Source: the human T2T-CHM13v2.0 reference genome, Homo sapiens. From it: a DNA stretch of 64,000 bases. The notes beneath the pieces were generated by a model. That model had not been told where the DNA came from. It searched no databases and worked only from the letters and a program-made list of their open reading frames with translations. This document shows positions 11,853 to 25,641 of the stretch, one piece after another. The position numbers were made by a program, and so were the translations under genes. Each line of letters opens with the position of its first letter. The stretch's first letter is position 1. The DNA is taken from assembly GCF_009914755.1 (NCBI RefSeq), contig NC_060927.1. The stretch is one strand, 5' to 3'.

Positions 11853-12556
11853 TTTTGGCGACCTAGATGGGACAATCGCCTATCACCGAGTGGTGAGACC
11901 ATCGCCTATAGCTGAGCGGCGAGACAATCACCTATCGCCAAGCAGTGAGTACCATCGGACCCCTTTCGCTTGCTATTCTGTCCTGTCTTTGCTTAGAGTT
12001 CGGGGGCTAAATACTGGGCACCTGTCGGCCAGTTAAAAGTGACTAGCGCGGCTGCCGGACTAAAGACAAGGGTGTCAGGCTTTCTGGGAAAGGGCTTTCT
12101 AACAACTCCCGACTCTTCGGTGTTGAGACCATTGGTTTGCCTAGAACCAGCTTTTGCTTTTCCTGTACTTCTGGGCTGAGCCGAGGGTCAACAGAGAGGA
12201 AAGCCATGCACCTCCGGGGTCCCGACAACAAGTTGGTTGACCCTGCGACCATGAGCGGAACTCTCAAAGGCATGTCGCCCAAGCGAGACTCGCCCATCTA
12301 TCCTATCTATCCTGAGCCTTGCCCCCTGGTTCCTAATGCCTGCCAGACAAACTTCCTCTCTCCTCTCTTCTCTGAGTTTAGTCCCGCTTCTAAAAATTGC
12401 TACCTGTCTCTGGTGCTTTTCTAGTTTCTCCTATAAGAATGATTTCTAGTATAGACTCCGGACACACTGCCTTTAAGAACTGTAACACTCACCACGAGGG
12501 TCCGCGGCTTCATTCTTGAAGTCAGTGAGACCAAGAACCCACCAATTCCGGACACA
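11853..12556 (+). mobile_element. HERV9 leader fused to the last ~100 bp of the 3' LTR (internally deleted provirus)
   Basis: About 600 bp of leader, then a second copy of U5 (about 12455-12556). TSD ATGG/ATGA. Confidence 0.85.
11856..11873 (+). other. Primer-binding site (tRNA-Arg type)
   Basis: TGGCGACCTAGATGGGAC just after the LTR; one mismatch to the complement of the tRNA-Arg(CCG) 3' end as recalled. Confidence 0.8.
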
Positions 12557-15092
12557 ATGAAATCATAGTGGGTCAAAGTTAGGTTTTCTTAATGTCTTCT
12601 GTTACTGTGTGCGATGGCACAACTGGTTGGGCCAGATTACCGATCTGAGTGGTGTCCACTGATCCATCAAGTGCACTGATCTTAGGTTTTACAATAGTGA
12701 TGTTATCCCCAGGAGCAATTTGGTGAGGTTTAGACTCTTGGAGAGGGAGGCTGCATTATCCCTAAACTGTTATTTCCAATCTCGTAGCTAATTGGTTAGT
12801 CCTAGAAAGGCAGACTGGACCCCAGGTAAGAAGTGGGGTCTTTTTGGGAAAGGGCTGTTACCAATTTTGTTTCAGAGTCAAACCTTGAGCTGAATTCCTT
12901 CCCAAAGTTAGCTCGGCCTACGCCCAGGAATGAACAAGGACAGCTTAGAGGTTATGAGCAAGATGGAGCCAGTTAGGGCAAATCTTTTTTCAGTGTCTTA
13001 GTTATAATTTTGCAATGGTGGTTTCACAACTTTAAATCATGACTATCATAGTTTTCATAAATAATCTAGGTAAACAATTAAAATAAAATAATTAGGTAAA
13101 TGTAATGGGATAAATACTTGTAGACAAACTGGTCATAATTTAGAATATAAAGTTAAATTAAATAATAGATATTTTACTATTTGGGCATTTTCCAATAAAT
13201 ATATATTGTAGGAAAACATTCTTGCTAAAAAAAAGTGTGTCTTTAAAAAAAAGGTGAACAAGTTTCGTCTAATTCAAAGCTTAAAGGTTATGTGTAAAAC
13301 AAGGTAAAAGGAACCAGGAAACAAAAAAAGATGCATAGAAAGTTATAAAAATAAAAGAGTTTTTTTAGGTAAAGAAGCTGAAAGAAAAGTAATTTTAGGT
13401 AAGAAAGAATCCTGCATGGTAAATATAGTCCTAAAATAAAATAACTGGTTGTTTAAAAAGAATGTTGAGAACAAATTAGAAAGTCTGACCATGTCATGAG
13501 CGGTCAGTATAAGTCACAATAAGAGGAGATATATATATATATATACACACACACATATATACATATCTTTTATATCATCAGGTTGTCATATTATTATTGT
13601 TTTGGTTTGCTTAGAAATATATATATATATATAAACCTTGGGCACCTGTCAGGACTTCCTGAGGCTGTGTCATGGGCGTGTCCTCAACGTTGGCAAAATA
13701 AACTTTCTGAATTAACTGAGACATGTCTTAAATTTTGGGAGTTCACAAGGGAAACAAGGGTAAGAATTAAACTTCACTAATATTTCTCACCCTCCAAAGC
13801 CACTTCAACCACTGCCTTTCTCATTTCGGTTAATAGCAACTCCAATCTTCCAGCAGTTTAGGCTGCAAAACCTTAGCTCCTCTCTGTCTTACACTTCACA
13901 TCCAATCTGTCACCTATTCAAAGTATCCCCCAAATCGAGCAATTTCTCACCATCTCTTACTAATACACCTCAGGTCCAAACCACCAGTATACCTCCCTAG
14001 AGTACTCCAATAGTCTCCTAAGTAGCTTTCTTGCTTCTATCTCCCTTCAGTTTATTCTTAACAAAGCAGCCTGAGTGGCCCTTTAAAAATATAAATCCAA
14101 TCAGGTAATTCCTCTGCTCATTGCCTTACAATGGGCCATATTTTGATATGGACAGGAGACAGGGAAATACTGGATAGAAGAGGGCAGTTCCCTGGCAAAG
14201 GCCCCACCCTCAAGCTTGGAGACCCATGGCCTTAAATGGGAACAGCCATTTCTGTTTTCGCACCCCAAAAGTTGCCTTTTATCCTGCCATGCTCCCCTAT
14301 CCTGTACCCATATAAACCCCAAACCTCGGGCTCCAGAAGCAGATGAGCAGATGAGGAGACGCCTCTATTCCGTGTCGTTTAGAATGAGCAAACAGTTGTC
14401 TTCACCATCCCAGACAAGCAGATGAATGGTGAAACGATACAGCAGAGAAAGAGAGAAGAGGAACATTTGAACGCCGAGAGGAGTTCAGCCGAGGGTGGTC
14501 GGAGAGGTTTGGCCACCCAGCAGGAAGATTATCTTCCCGTGCCATCCCCGCTTCCAGCTCTGCATCCATCCTTCAGAGAACCACCTCCACCACTCAATAA
14601 AACCCTGCATTCAACCTTCAAGCCCATGTGTGGCCTGATTCTTCCAGGATGCTGGGCAAGAGCTTGGGATACAAAAAGTGGTCACATTGGCCCTCTGCCC
14701 TTGTGAAAAGGCAGAGTGTCCATTGAGCTGATTAACATTCAAGCCATCCATGGACAGCAGGGCTAAAAGGGCACACTGTAACACACCCCCACTTAGGCTC
14801 CTGCACCTGTCCATCTGCATGCTCCCCTCCCCTCAGGGGTTTGAGCGTGTAGCAACAGAACAGGCGAGCCACACCCTGTAAAGCCCTGGGGCAACTGAAG
14901 GTGTTTTTTTGCTGCAAGGCCCCAGGACTGAAGTCTGTTGGCTAAAACCCCCAGATTTTGCTTGATGTCTTCTCTTCTCTCACAGTTTGAAATGGCTCTC
15001 ATCTCTTCCTTTATAATGTTACGGGTTTTGGTTCAGGCTGTGCAATATTAAATAGAATGAGCATTTGGCTCAGCCATCAAAAGTGCAATTCA

Positions 15093-15500
<408 letters not shown>

Positions 15501-16316
15501 TTACCCCCCAACTCCTAGCTCGGGCACCTGGGCATATCCACAGCATGCAAAAGCCACACCCAATGGCCACAAGGGGCAGGAGAAAACTGCAGCTGCCACC
15601 AGGACCCTGCGCAGCCGGCTGGCTGGTGCTTCCCGCCTGCAGCATCAGTGGAACTTTTCTTCTCCTGGCCAAGGAGTTCAGCTCAGTTCAAACTGGGGGA
15701 AGGACCCATTAGCAGTGAGCAAGGGCTTCTTGCCTCAGGACCTCCCCGTTTTGACCCTTTAACTGTTTTCTCTTTTCTCCTTTTCTAGATTAGAGGGTTC
15801 CTATCCCCCTGATAACTGCAAATTCATCAGGGCTCATTTGAGGTTTAATCTAAACAGATACATGCAACCCTCTAAAATACTTTTTAGTCTCAAACTTGAC
15901 TCCAAGCTTGAGGCTGAGGCCATAGAAAGAAAAACCAAATCTGAGGGGTCCAAAGCCAGGCAACAGGCACAATGTAAATGGGCAGGACCAATTCCTGCTG
16001 ACTAAACCCCCCACCTCATGGAAGGAGGCCATGCTCCATGGAATAAATGAAGCCCAGGGAACCCAAGGGTTGCTGGCAGTAGGAAAAATGGAGGCAAAGT
16101 TAAGGGCAAATAATTCCTATTCTCTAGGCCTTCCCTGCTTCATGGGTGCATGCCGGATCAGTAACCATGGGTGGCGACTACCAAGGTTGCCGAGACTCAG
16201 GGACAAAAAGATGGAAGAAAAAGAAAGGACACTTGCTTCCTCTCTCCATCACACCCCAAGTTTTCGCTGCAGTAAGGAAGGGAAATGAGGGACACCTCTA
16301 TTCCCTGTCTTTCATA

Positions 16317-17783
16317 ATGGGCAACCGGTTCTCTTCACCACTGCCAGCCTATACTCCTCTGGGGTGTATCCTGAACCACTGGGACTGCTTTGACCCTCAG
16401 AATTCGGAGGAAAAATGCCTCATAGCCCTGTGCACAAAGGTTTGTCCAAATTATGAAGGACTATGATGGCCTCAGGAATGAACCATTCATTTTGATACCA
16501 TCTGGCAGTTGGACCATTTCCGTAGACATGAGTACTGATGGTCTGAGACCTCATATATGCAGGCTTTCTACACCTTGCAAGGCAATCCAGACTTTTGCTG
16601 ACAGCGTAAGATTGGTCCAGGCCTGCTGTTTGCCATCTCAGGAAAGGCTGCAAGGGGCAAGCCGAGAGAACTAAAGATACAAATCCTAGAGCAGGGGAGC
16701 CAGCTCCCTCCAGCCCTGCTCCTCTGGGTCCACCCAACCTCCCTATCCAGCTTCAGCTTCTCACTTGCTCCCTCCTAGAAATCCTCACCCTAGACAAGCC
16801 CCAGTCTCAATCTTGCCCCTCCAACAGATGCCTGTTGAATCTGACCTCAGTAAGGTTCAGGTCCCCTTCTCTCTACTGGACTTAAAGCAAATTAAGGGGG
16901 GATCTTGGCAAGTTTTCAGATAACCCTGGCAGATATATAGAGGCTTTCCAGAATTTCACCCAAGTATTTGAATTCTCCTGGAGAGACGTTACTTTACTTT
17001 TGAATCAGGCCCTAATGGACACTGAGAAGCAGGCCACTCTGCAAGCAGCAGAGAGATCTGGGGATGAGCTTTGTATCATATATAGTGTCAGAAAGGGGAT
17101 GAACATTATCCAACTGGAAGAGAAGCAGTACCAATGGATGACACTGGATGGGATCCCAATGATGAAATGGGAGACTAGAAGAAGAGGCACTTTCAGGTGT
17201 GTATAATGGAGGGCTTGTAAGACTAGGAGCAAGCCTCTCAATTATACTAAGTAATCCATGATTGACCAGAGATTTGATGAAAATCCCACTGCCTTCCTGG
17301 AAAGGCTAAGAGAGGCCTTGGTAAAGCACACCTCTCTATCTCCTGATTCTGTTGAGGGACAACTAATCCTAAGGGATAAATTTATTATCCAGGCAGCTCC
17401 TGATATCAGGAAGAAGTTGCAGAAATGGGCCCTGGGACCAGATAGTACTTTGGAGACCCTTGGTAGATAGTACTTTAGTAGCCACCCTGGTCTCTTATGA
17501 TAGAGATATGGAGGCCCAGGAGAGACAGAGGAATTACTGGAAAGATACAGAGGCTTCAATAGCCACCATGCAAGCCCACAAACCCCAGAATTCCCAGGGT
17601 GCACCTGTTAACTGCTACAGATGTGGCAAGCCAGGGCATTTCAAGAAGGATTACCCAGGCAGCACGAGGAAGCCACCTCAACCCTGTCCAATCTGCAATG
17701 GGGACCATTGGAGGGTGGACTGTCCCTGGGGATGCTGGTCACCAGGTTCAGAACCAATCTACATGATCCAGCAGCAGGACTGA
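16317..17783 (+). pseudogene. ERV gag remnant
   Basis: MGNRFSSPLPAYTPLGCILNHWDCFDP, MHR-like DENPTAFLERLREAL, knuckles CYRCGKPGHFKKDY and CPICNGDHWRVDC, ends QQQD-TGA. Multiple stops and frameshifts. Confidence 0.85.
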
Positions 17784-20700
17784 TGGGTCCTGGGTCTCCT
17801 TTCCCTGGCTCCAGTGGTCCAGACCATCATTACCATCCAGGAGCCCCAGGTAATTCTGGAAATTGAAGGGAGGAAATTTTTGGACACCAGGGCTGGTCTC
17901 TTGAGTTCTCCCCTCCAGTCCTGGGCCCTTCTGCTCTCTTAGCACAATCATGAAGTGTGTCTCAGGGAGGACTTTAACCCGATATTATCCCCAACCCCTT
18001 AGTTGTAGCTGGGGAGACATTTTGTTCACCCATGCTTTTCTAATTATGCCTGAAAGCCAAACTCCTCTGTTGGGCAGGGATATTCTGGCCTGTATAGGGA
18101 CCACCATCCTGATGGCCCCTGGGCAAACTCGTTGTCTCCCCCTAGTGGAGACTGATATTAACTCAGAAGTTTGGGCAACTTGAAGGAAGATTGGCTGAGC
18201 CACACCTGACATATTGGTCTGGGTTCATCTTAAAGATCCCACCTCCTTTCCTAACCAGAAACAATATTCCCTGAAACCAGAAGTTAGGAAAGGACTAGAA
18301 GCCATCATTGATGACTTGAAGATGTAGAGCCTCCTCAAACCCTGCAACAGCTCTTGTAATACCCCAATATTGGGGGTACAAAAACCCAACAAGGATGAAG
18401 ACTAGTTCAGGACCTCCACCTTGTTAATGAGGCTGTGGTTCCAATACATCCAGTGGTTACCAATCCATATACCCCACTAATTCAAATACCTGAGGGGACT
18501 AAATGGTTCACAGTTCTGGAACTAAAGGATACCTTCTTCTGCACACCTTTACACACTGACTCCTAGTGTTTGTTTGCATTTAAGGATCCCTCTAACCAAA
18601 CCACCCAGAACACTGTTACCTCAGGGGTTCCGAGACAGCCCCACCTTGTTTGGCCAGGCATTATTGAGAGACCTCTCTGAATTCCTTTATCCTCAGGTTA
18701 AAGTTTTACAATACATGGATGACCTTCTCTGCGCTCCAACTGAGGAAATCTCTTAGGAGGGCAGTAAGGCCCTTCTTAACTTTCTGACTAACAGAGGATA
18801 TAAGGTTTCAAAATATAATGCTCAGGTATCTCAGACTTCAGTGAAATACCTAGGTCTGGCTTTGTCAGAGAGGGCCAGGGCATTGGACAAAGAGAGGATT
18901 AAGCCCATCTCCTCCTTTCCCTTCCCTAAAACCCTCAAGAAACTGAGGGAATTCTTACACATTACAGGATTCTGCAGACCATGGATACCTGGGTACAGTG
19001 AAATAGCTTGTCCCTATTTCACCTAATAAAGGAGACTCAGACAGCTAAATCTCACTGTCTAATTTGGGAACCAGAGGCTAAAAAGGCCTTTGACCAACTA
19101 AAACAAGCCTTGCTTAAGGCACCAGCCCTAAGTCTCCCCATAGGGAAAACATTTAAGCTTTATGTATCAGAGAAAAGTAATGGCACTGGGAGTTCTAACA
19201 CAGACCTGGAGTTCAGCCCAGCAGCATGTAGGCTACCTGAGTAAGGAGCTTGATTTGGTAGCCACATGATGGCTAGCCTGACTCTGGGCATTCACAGCAA
19301 TAGCCTTGCTGGTACCAGAGGCTAATAAGTTAACCACGGGGAATAACTTAACCGTTTATATCCCACATAATGTGGCAGGACTACTGTCTTCTAAGGGGAG
19401 TCTCTGGCTAACAGAAAACCACCTCCTCAGATACCAAGCTCTGTTATTAGAAAGTTCTGCAGTCCTTCTAATTAAGAACCTGTCCCTAAATCCAGCCACC
19501 TTCCTCCAAGAGGAATCCAGGGAACTTGAACATGACTGCTAGCAAATAGTAGTACAAACCTATGCAGCCAGAGAGAACCTCAAGGAAACCCCCTTAGATA
19601 ACCCAGACTGGATTCCGTTTATGGACGGAAGTTTTTTTTGTAGAAAAAGGAACTCACAGAGCAGGGTATGCAATAGTTACTCTGAATGATGTTGTTGAGA
19701 GTGCACCTCTCTCCTTGGGCACAAATGGTCAGCTAGTTGAACTAATCACCCTCACGAGGGTGCTCGAATTAAGCAAAGGAAAAACGTTAACTTTTATATT
19801 GATTCTAAGTATGCTTTCCTGGTCCTCGATGCCCATACCACTATCTGGAAAGAGGAACTTCCTCATAGCTAATGGGTCTCCTATTAAATATAATCAGAAA
19901 ATTAATAGACTATTATCCTCAGTTTTCCTCCCACAGGAAGTGGCAATAATACATTGTAAAGACTGCCAAAGAGGGACAGATGAAATAGTTGAGGGAAATA
20001 GGCTGGCAGACCAAGCAGTTTAATCAGCAGCAAGTGGGCCCCAGGTCTCTGACCCATTTGAAGTCCCACTGATCTGGGAGTGCCCCGTGATAGAAATAAA
20101 ACCTCAATATTCTCTTGTGGAAATAGAATGGGCCACCTCTTAGGGATACATCCTGCAGTCCTCAGGATGGCTATAATCAGAGGATAGTAAGCTTCATCCA
20201 CCAGCTGCCAACCCATGGAAAGTTCTTAAAAGCCTTCACCAGGCCTTCCACCTAGGTAAGGATAAAACCTATCAACTGGCCCAGAGATTATTCTCAGGTA
20301 AAAACCTGATACAAATGGTTCAACAGGTCATTAATACTTGCAAGACCTGCCTTGAAAACAATCCCCTTAATTGACAGCTTATTCTCCCAGGAACCCAAAG
20401 GATAGGAGGCTACCCAGGGGAAAACTGGCAAATGGATTCACCCATATGCCAAAGGAAAGGTACATGCAGTACCTCCTATTATGAATAGATACTTTCACTA
20501 ACTGGTAGAAACATTTCCATGTCAGACAAAGAAAGCCTCTGAGGTAATAAAATTACTGATCAGTGAGATAATTCCTTGTTTTGGACTTCCTAAATACCTC
20601 CAGAGCAATGATAGCCCCTCATTCAAGGCAGCTGTCACTCAGGGGGGTCTCAAAAGCACTAGGTATACAGTACCATCTTCATTGTGCCTGGAGACCACAA

Positions 20701-21270
20701 TCCTCAGGAAAGATAGAAAAGACAAATGATATTATCAAAAGGTACCTCGGGAAACTGTCTCAGGAGACTCATCTCCCCTGGCCTACCCTTTTCCCCATAG
20801 CCCCTGTTAAGTATTAGAAATACTCCTTCAAAGCTAAGTTTCAGTCCCTTTGAAATGATGTATGGTTGGTCTTTTCTCACCAATGATTTCTTGTTAGACC
20901 AAGTAACCTCTGATTTAATTAGGCACATAATATATTTGGTCCATTTCCAATAGGAACTGAAACAACTGTCGGAGGCCCAGTTCTGTGTACCAGGGCCACC
21001 TCTATGCAACCCAGGGGACCTAGTGCTAGTAAAGGTACTTCCGTCCCTTTCTCCTTCTATAGGCCCAGGTTAGGAGGGACTCTACATTGTACTTCTTTCT
21101 ACTCCTACGGCAGTGAAGGTCACTGGAATAGACTCTTGGATTCATTGCACCCGAGTAAAGGCCTGGGAAGCCAGTGGAGTCACCTCTGTTGACCCAGGAG
21201 GGCACTCAAAGTACCAATGTGAAGAGATCGGGGGCCTCAAGCTAAAAATCACAAAAGATAAATGGCAATA
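17784..21270 (+). pseudogene. ERV pro-pol remnant (PR, RT, RNase H, IN)
   Basis: [20 protein letters not shown] (18712-18723), DGS, HCAWRPQSSGKIEK. Heavily disrupted; env is reduced to about 400 bp before the PPT. Confidence 0.88.
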
Positions 21271-23129
21271 ACTAACCTTCCATGGATATCCTCCTTACAG
21301 TCTTGTCTATGCCTGCTGTTCTTACCCTTGTTCTGTTCCATACTATGGGGCACAATAGTGTTTTCAGAATAAATAGTATATCTTACTTCTTATTTCTGTA
21401 ATCTTTGGCACTAGATTCTTTCCTTGTATAATACACATGTTTAATCCATGCACACTTAACCTTATAAAACTTGTTTTTTTCTCTCTGTCATCTAGAGGTC
21501 ATCAAACTCCAAATGGTCAGGCAACTGGAGCATCAGACAATGGCTCCCTTTTGCTGGGGACCCTTAGACCTCTGGGAGAAATCTGACTGCCTTTTTCCCC
21601 AAACAACACCCCCTGTCAGCAGGAAGTAGCTAAGATTGGTCATGGTCCATATTCTAATGGCAGTTAGATGTGCCTCTTCAGAGTGGGGATGATATGGACA
21701 GGAGACAGGAAGAGGGCAGTTCCCTGGCAAAGGCCTCACCCTCAAGCCTGGAGACCTGTGGCCCTAAGTGGGAACAGGCATTTCTGTTTTTGTGCCCAAA
21801 AAGTTGCCTTTTGGCCCGCCATGGCTCCCTATTCTGTACCCATATAAACCCTGAACCCCAGGCTCCAGAAGCAGATGAGTAGACAAGGAGACGAGACAAG
21901 CAGATGAATGGCAGAATGATGCAGCAGAAAAAGAGAGAAGAGGAACGTTTGAATGCCAGGAGGAGTTCGGCTGGGGGCAGTCAGAGAGGAGTTCAGCTGC
22001 TGGGCGGCCAAACTTCAGGGGAAGATAATTTCCCACTCCATCCCCTTTCCAGCTCCCCAGCCATCCTGGTGAGAGCCACCTCCACCACTGAATAAAACCC
22101 CACATTCATCCTTCAAGCCCATATGTGACCTGATAGTTCCAGGACGCTGGGCAAGAACTTGGGAAACAGAAAGCTGTCATGCTGGCCCTCTGCCCTTGCA
22201 AAAAGGCAAAGGGTCCATTGAGCCAGCTAACACTGAAACCATCTGCAGATGGCAGTGCTAAAAGGGCACACTGTAACACATGCCCACTTGGCCTCCTGCA
22301 CTTGTCTGTCTGTGTGCTCTGCCTCCCCTCAAGGGTTTGAGCAGCAGTGGCGACTGAACAGGTGAGCCACACTCCTGTCACACATCTGCGAGGGGGATCA
22401 GGAAACTCTATTTCTATTTCATACAGAATAAAAGCTATAGTTCTTTCTACAGCTTTCAAAGCTCCTTAGGGATCTCACCTCCCATTATGTGTTTTCTCTT
22501 ATCTCCTACTCCTCTCTCTTGCTCACATTACTCCAGCTAGTCTTTCCTTCCTGCTGCTCCTTGTGCATACCAGTCATGTTTACACCTTAAGGCCCTTGCA
22601 CTAACTCTTTCTCTTGCCTAGAATCCTCTTCCCTCAAATATCTTCATGACTACCTACTTCCCCTTCTTCAGGTCTACATTTAACTCAAATGTCACCCTCT
22701 CAATGAAGTCTACTCTATTTTGTATTCTCTGCCCTACCCCTCACTCAGGGTCCCCAGTGTTTAGTTTCCTGTCTCTCCACCCTCATAGTTATCCTTTTCT
22801 CCATTGTGATAGTCATCTTCTGATTTACTGAAAATTTCTCTTAGTTATCAGGTTTATAATTGATCTGTCTCTCCTTACTAAAATGGAAGCTCTCCAAGGG
22901 CAGGAATCTGTTGTTTTTGTTTGTTAATATATCCCCAGTGCACAGAACAGTGTTTGGAACAAGTAGGTGCCTAATAAATATTTGTTGAATATAAGTATTG
23001 TGAGATACCTTGAAACTGGCTATGTGACCTAGGAAAATAAGAGCAGCAACAATAATGATACTAATAATAAATGATACCATTTTGAAGGCACTTTCTATAT
23101 GTTAAGTGCTTATTGAGCTTAATTCATTT

Positions 23130-23817
23130 TGAGAAATGAAAGTAAAATTCTCAGCCCCCCAACCAACAGAACTGACCCCCACCTTGGCCAAGGGGACCCC
23201 AGAGAAACCTTGGAAGCTGAGTTCTGGGCAATGATAGGATGTGAGGTCTGTAATGCCTCATTATAATCCCTCCCTGGCTCACTGCCATTAAGTTTTCTTT
23301 CCTAAAGGATAAGCAGACACCAGCCTTTTCCAAAAACCATCACTGCTTTCAACCAACTGCCTGACGCTGTCCCTCCGTTTAGTGGTTTTGACACAACCGA
23401 CCAGCCTTCCTTCCTGATAAGAGACAATCAACTATGGAGTGGTTCTTGCCCATCTAGGGATGATGCACTGAGGGTTTTTGTGTTCTCTGCTTCACCTTTT
23501 GATGTCACAGAGCTGAAAACTTTACCCTCAGATCATGCTAATGCCACCAGTTTTTGAACATCGGTCCCATGGAGAAACAAGAAGCTCAAGTATATGTTTC
23601 TCCTTTCATAAATACTCATGACTTCTCCTATAGTTTATTGAATACTTATGCTTGGCCACCCCATTCAGCATCAATCCCTGTCTTATTCTTCTGACCCTCA
23701 AAGTGTTGGTTGCTGGCTTCTGGCCTATCAGAATGGCCACCCTGCCAGCTGCAACTCTTTATGAGAAATAAAGCTCTCCTTTCCAAATTTTTGAACCTCA
23801 TCATTCATTAGTTGACA
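23130..23817 (+). mobile_element. MER4-group solo LTR
   Basis: TGAGAAATGAAAGTAAAATTCTCAGCCCCCCAACC...gaaataaagctctcc...gttgaca, inserted in MIR-like sequence. Confidence 0.75.
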
Positions 23818-24911
23818 ATTCAATTCTTACAACCCCAAGTGCAAGGCAACTAAAGCAGAAGAAATGTAAGATTCCTATCCAGGGTCACATAGCTGGTTAG
23901 AGGAAGAGCCATGCTTTGGTTCCAAAGCCATGTCCTTAACTAACGTGCTGTGTGGTAAAGAGGATTATCCTTTCTGCACCGCAGGCATTTTCTCCTTTAT
24001 TACAAGTTGTTGTGCCAGATTATTTTTAGAGATCCTTTCAGATCCACACATAATATATCACTCTGTTTCACCATTTTACCCACTTCACCAATAAATTGCA
24101 GACAAAATTACCAGATAATGACCTGATTGAACTAGGAACTAGTTGTTCTGTGGACCTCACATTGTAGATCCTTCACAATGTTCCACTCCTTTTTCCAAAT
24201 GCAAATGACACAAGTATGTATGAGAAAACTTTTTTTTTCCCTTTGGCATGATGATAAAATTACAACCATTTCCGCCTATCCATGGTCCTAGTATTCTTAA
24301 GGATAAGCAAACAGTCATTTTATTCTTCAAAGAAAACAGAACAATTTTAAACAGACTGGTTAATCAAAACTAGACAAAGCCCCAACTCCTGCAGTTAGGA
24401 GTAGATCAGGACTTCTGTGGGAAAGAGACCAGGGGAATCTGGCACAGCTTAGAGATATTCAACAAGCAAAAAATACTGGGATGGAATAAAGTGGCAGGAT
24501 GGATAAAAGAAATTGTATTGGGGAAAAAAACTATGTTTTACTTTCTTTGTTCCCTAACTATGAGCTATTCCTACTTCACTATATATGTGAATGATGGTTC
24601 TAAAGAGGGAATCAGATCATTCATGTATTCAACATTCAGCAAATATTTGAGACTTCCTGTGCCCCTAGCCTTTTGGCCAATTGCTATTGGCTATATATAT
24701 GGCCAATATATATTAAAAAGGGGGCCAGTATAATGAGTACAGAGGGTCTGCAATCATGGTGCAGCCACAAGTAAAATATGAGTAGTATTTATGCTTTTCT
24801 ACACTCTCATATGTATTGCCCAGCTTATTTACTTATTTACCTGTTTACTTATTAAAACCAACCCCCACCTTCAGTGGATGAATATTTGCCAACTCAAATG
24901 ACAGTAAAAAA

Positions 24912-25207
24912 CGGTGCAGTGGCTCACGCCTGTAATCCCAGCACTTTGGGAGGCTGAGACAGGCAGATGGCTTAAGGCCAGGAGTTTGCGACCAGCCTGG
25001 CCAACATGGTGAAAACCAGTCTCTACTGAAATTACAAAAAGTAGCCGGGCATGGTGCCACATGCCTGTAATCCCAGCTACCTCGGAAGGCTGAGGCATGA
25101 GAATTGCTTAAACCCAGGAGGCAGAGGTTGCAATGAGCTGAGATTGCACCACTGCACTCCAGCCTGGGTGACAGAGTATGACTCTGCCAAAAAAAAAAAA
25201 AAAAAAA
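24912..25207 (+). mobile_element. Alu
   Basis: Alu dimer with A-tail. Confidence 0.9.
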
Positions 25208-25370
25208 GAGTAGAAGGAATTATAGCCACAGAATTTTCCAGGGCAATTCCAGAGGAGACCCAACAACTGTTAGGGACTATGCCCCTATTGTTAAAATGTC
25301 TATATAACCTCTGAGGCTGATGACTTTGAGAACACCTACACTGACTTGAAAATTCACATTCTGGTGTGTT

Positions 25371-25641
25371 TCTTTCTTTCTTTGAGACAGTGTTAGTTTT
25401 ACTCTGTCACTTAGGCGAGAGTGCAGTGGTGCGATCATGACTCATTGCAGCCTTGAACTCCTGGGTTCAAGCAATCCTCCCACCTCAGCCTCCCAAGTAG
25501 CTGAGAATACAAACATGCACCACCACACCCGGTTAACTTTTCAAATTTTTTTTATAGAGACAAGGTCTTGCTGTGTCGCCCAGGCTGGTCGAGAACTCCT
25601 CACCTCAAGTGAACCTCCTGCCTTGGCCTCTCAAAGTGCTG
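25371..25641 (-). mobile_element. AluJ-like
   Basis: Diverged reverse-complement Alu. Confidence 0.8.

Larger units (their letters stand above)
10375..13026 (-). mobile_element. LTR8-type solo LTR, split by the HERV9 insertion
   Basis: Minus strand begins TGAAACCACCATTGCAAAATTATAAC. The halves 10375-10600 and 12557-13026 join as ggagATGAaatcatag. Confidence 0.75.
9850..13747 (+). mobile_element. MER4-group ERV1 internal fragment plus LTR 3' end (13636-13747), split by an LTR8 insertion
   Basis: AT-rich MER4-int-like sequence at 9850-10374 and 13027-13600; terminal ...ggcaaaataaactttct...gagttcaca. Confidence 0.55.

Noticed and set aside
10393-12424. Cluster of overlapping ORFs up to 176 aa
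   Set aside because: They lie in GC-rich LTR12C/HERV9 leader sequence; stop-poor composition with no protein homology.
16317-21270. Domesticated or functional gag/pol
   Set aside because: Numerous stops and frameshifts; protease DTG reads DTR; first zinc knuckle has lost a Cys.
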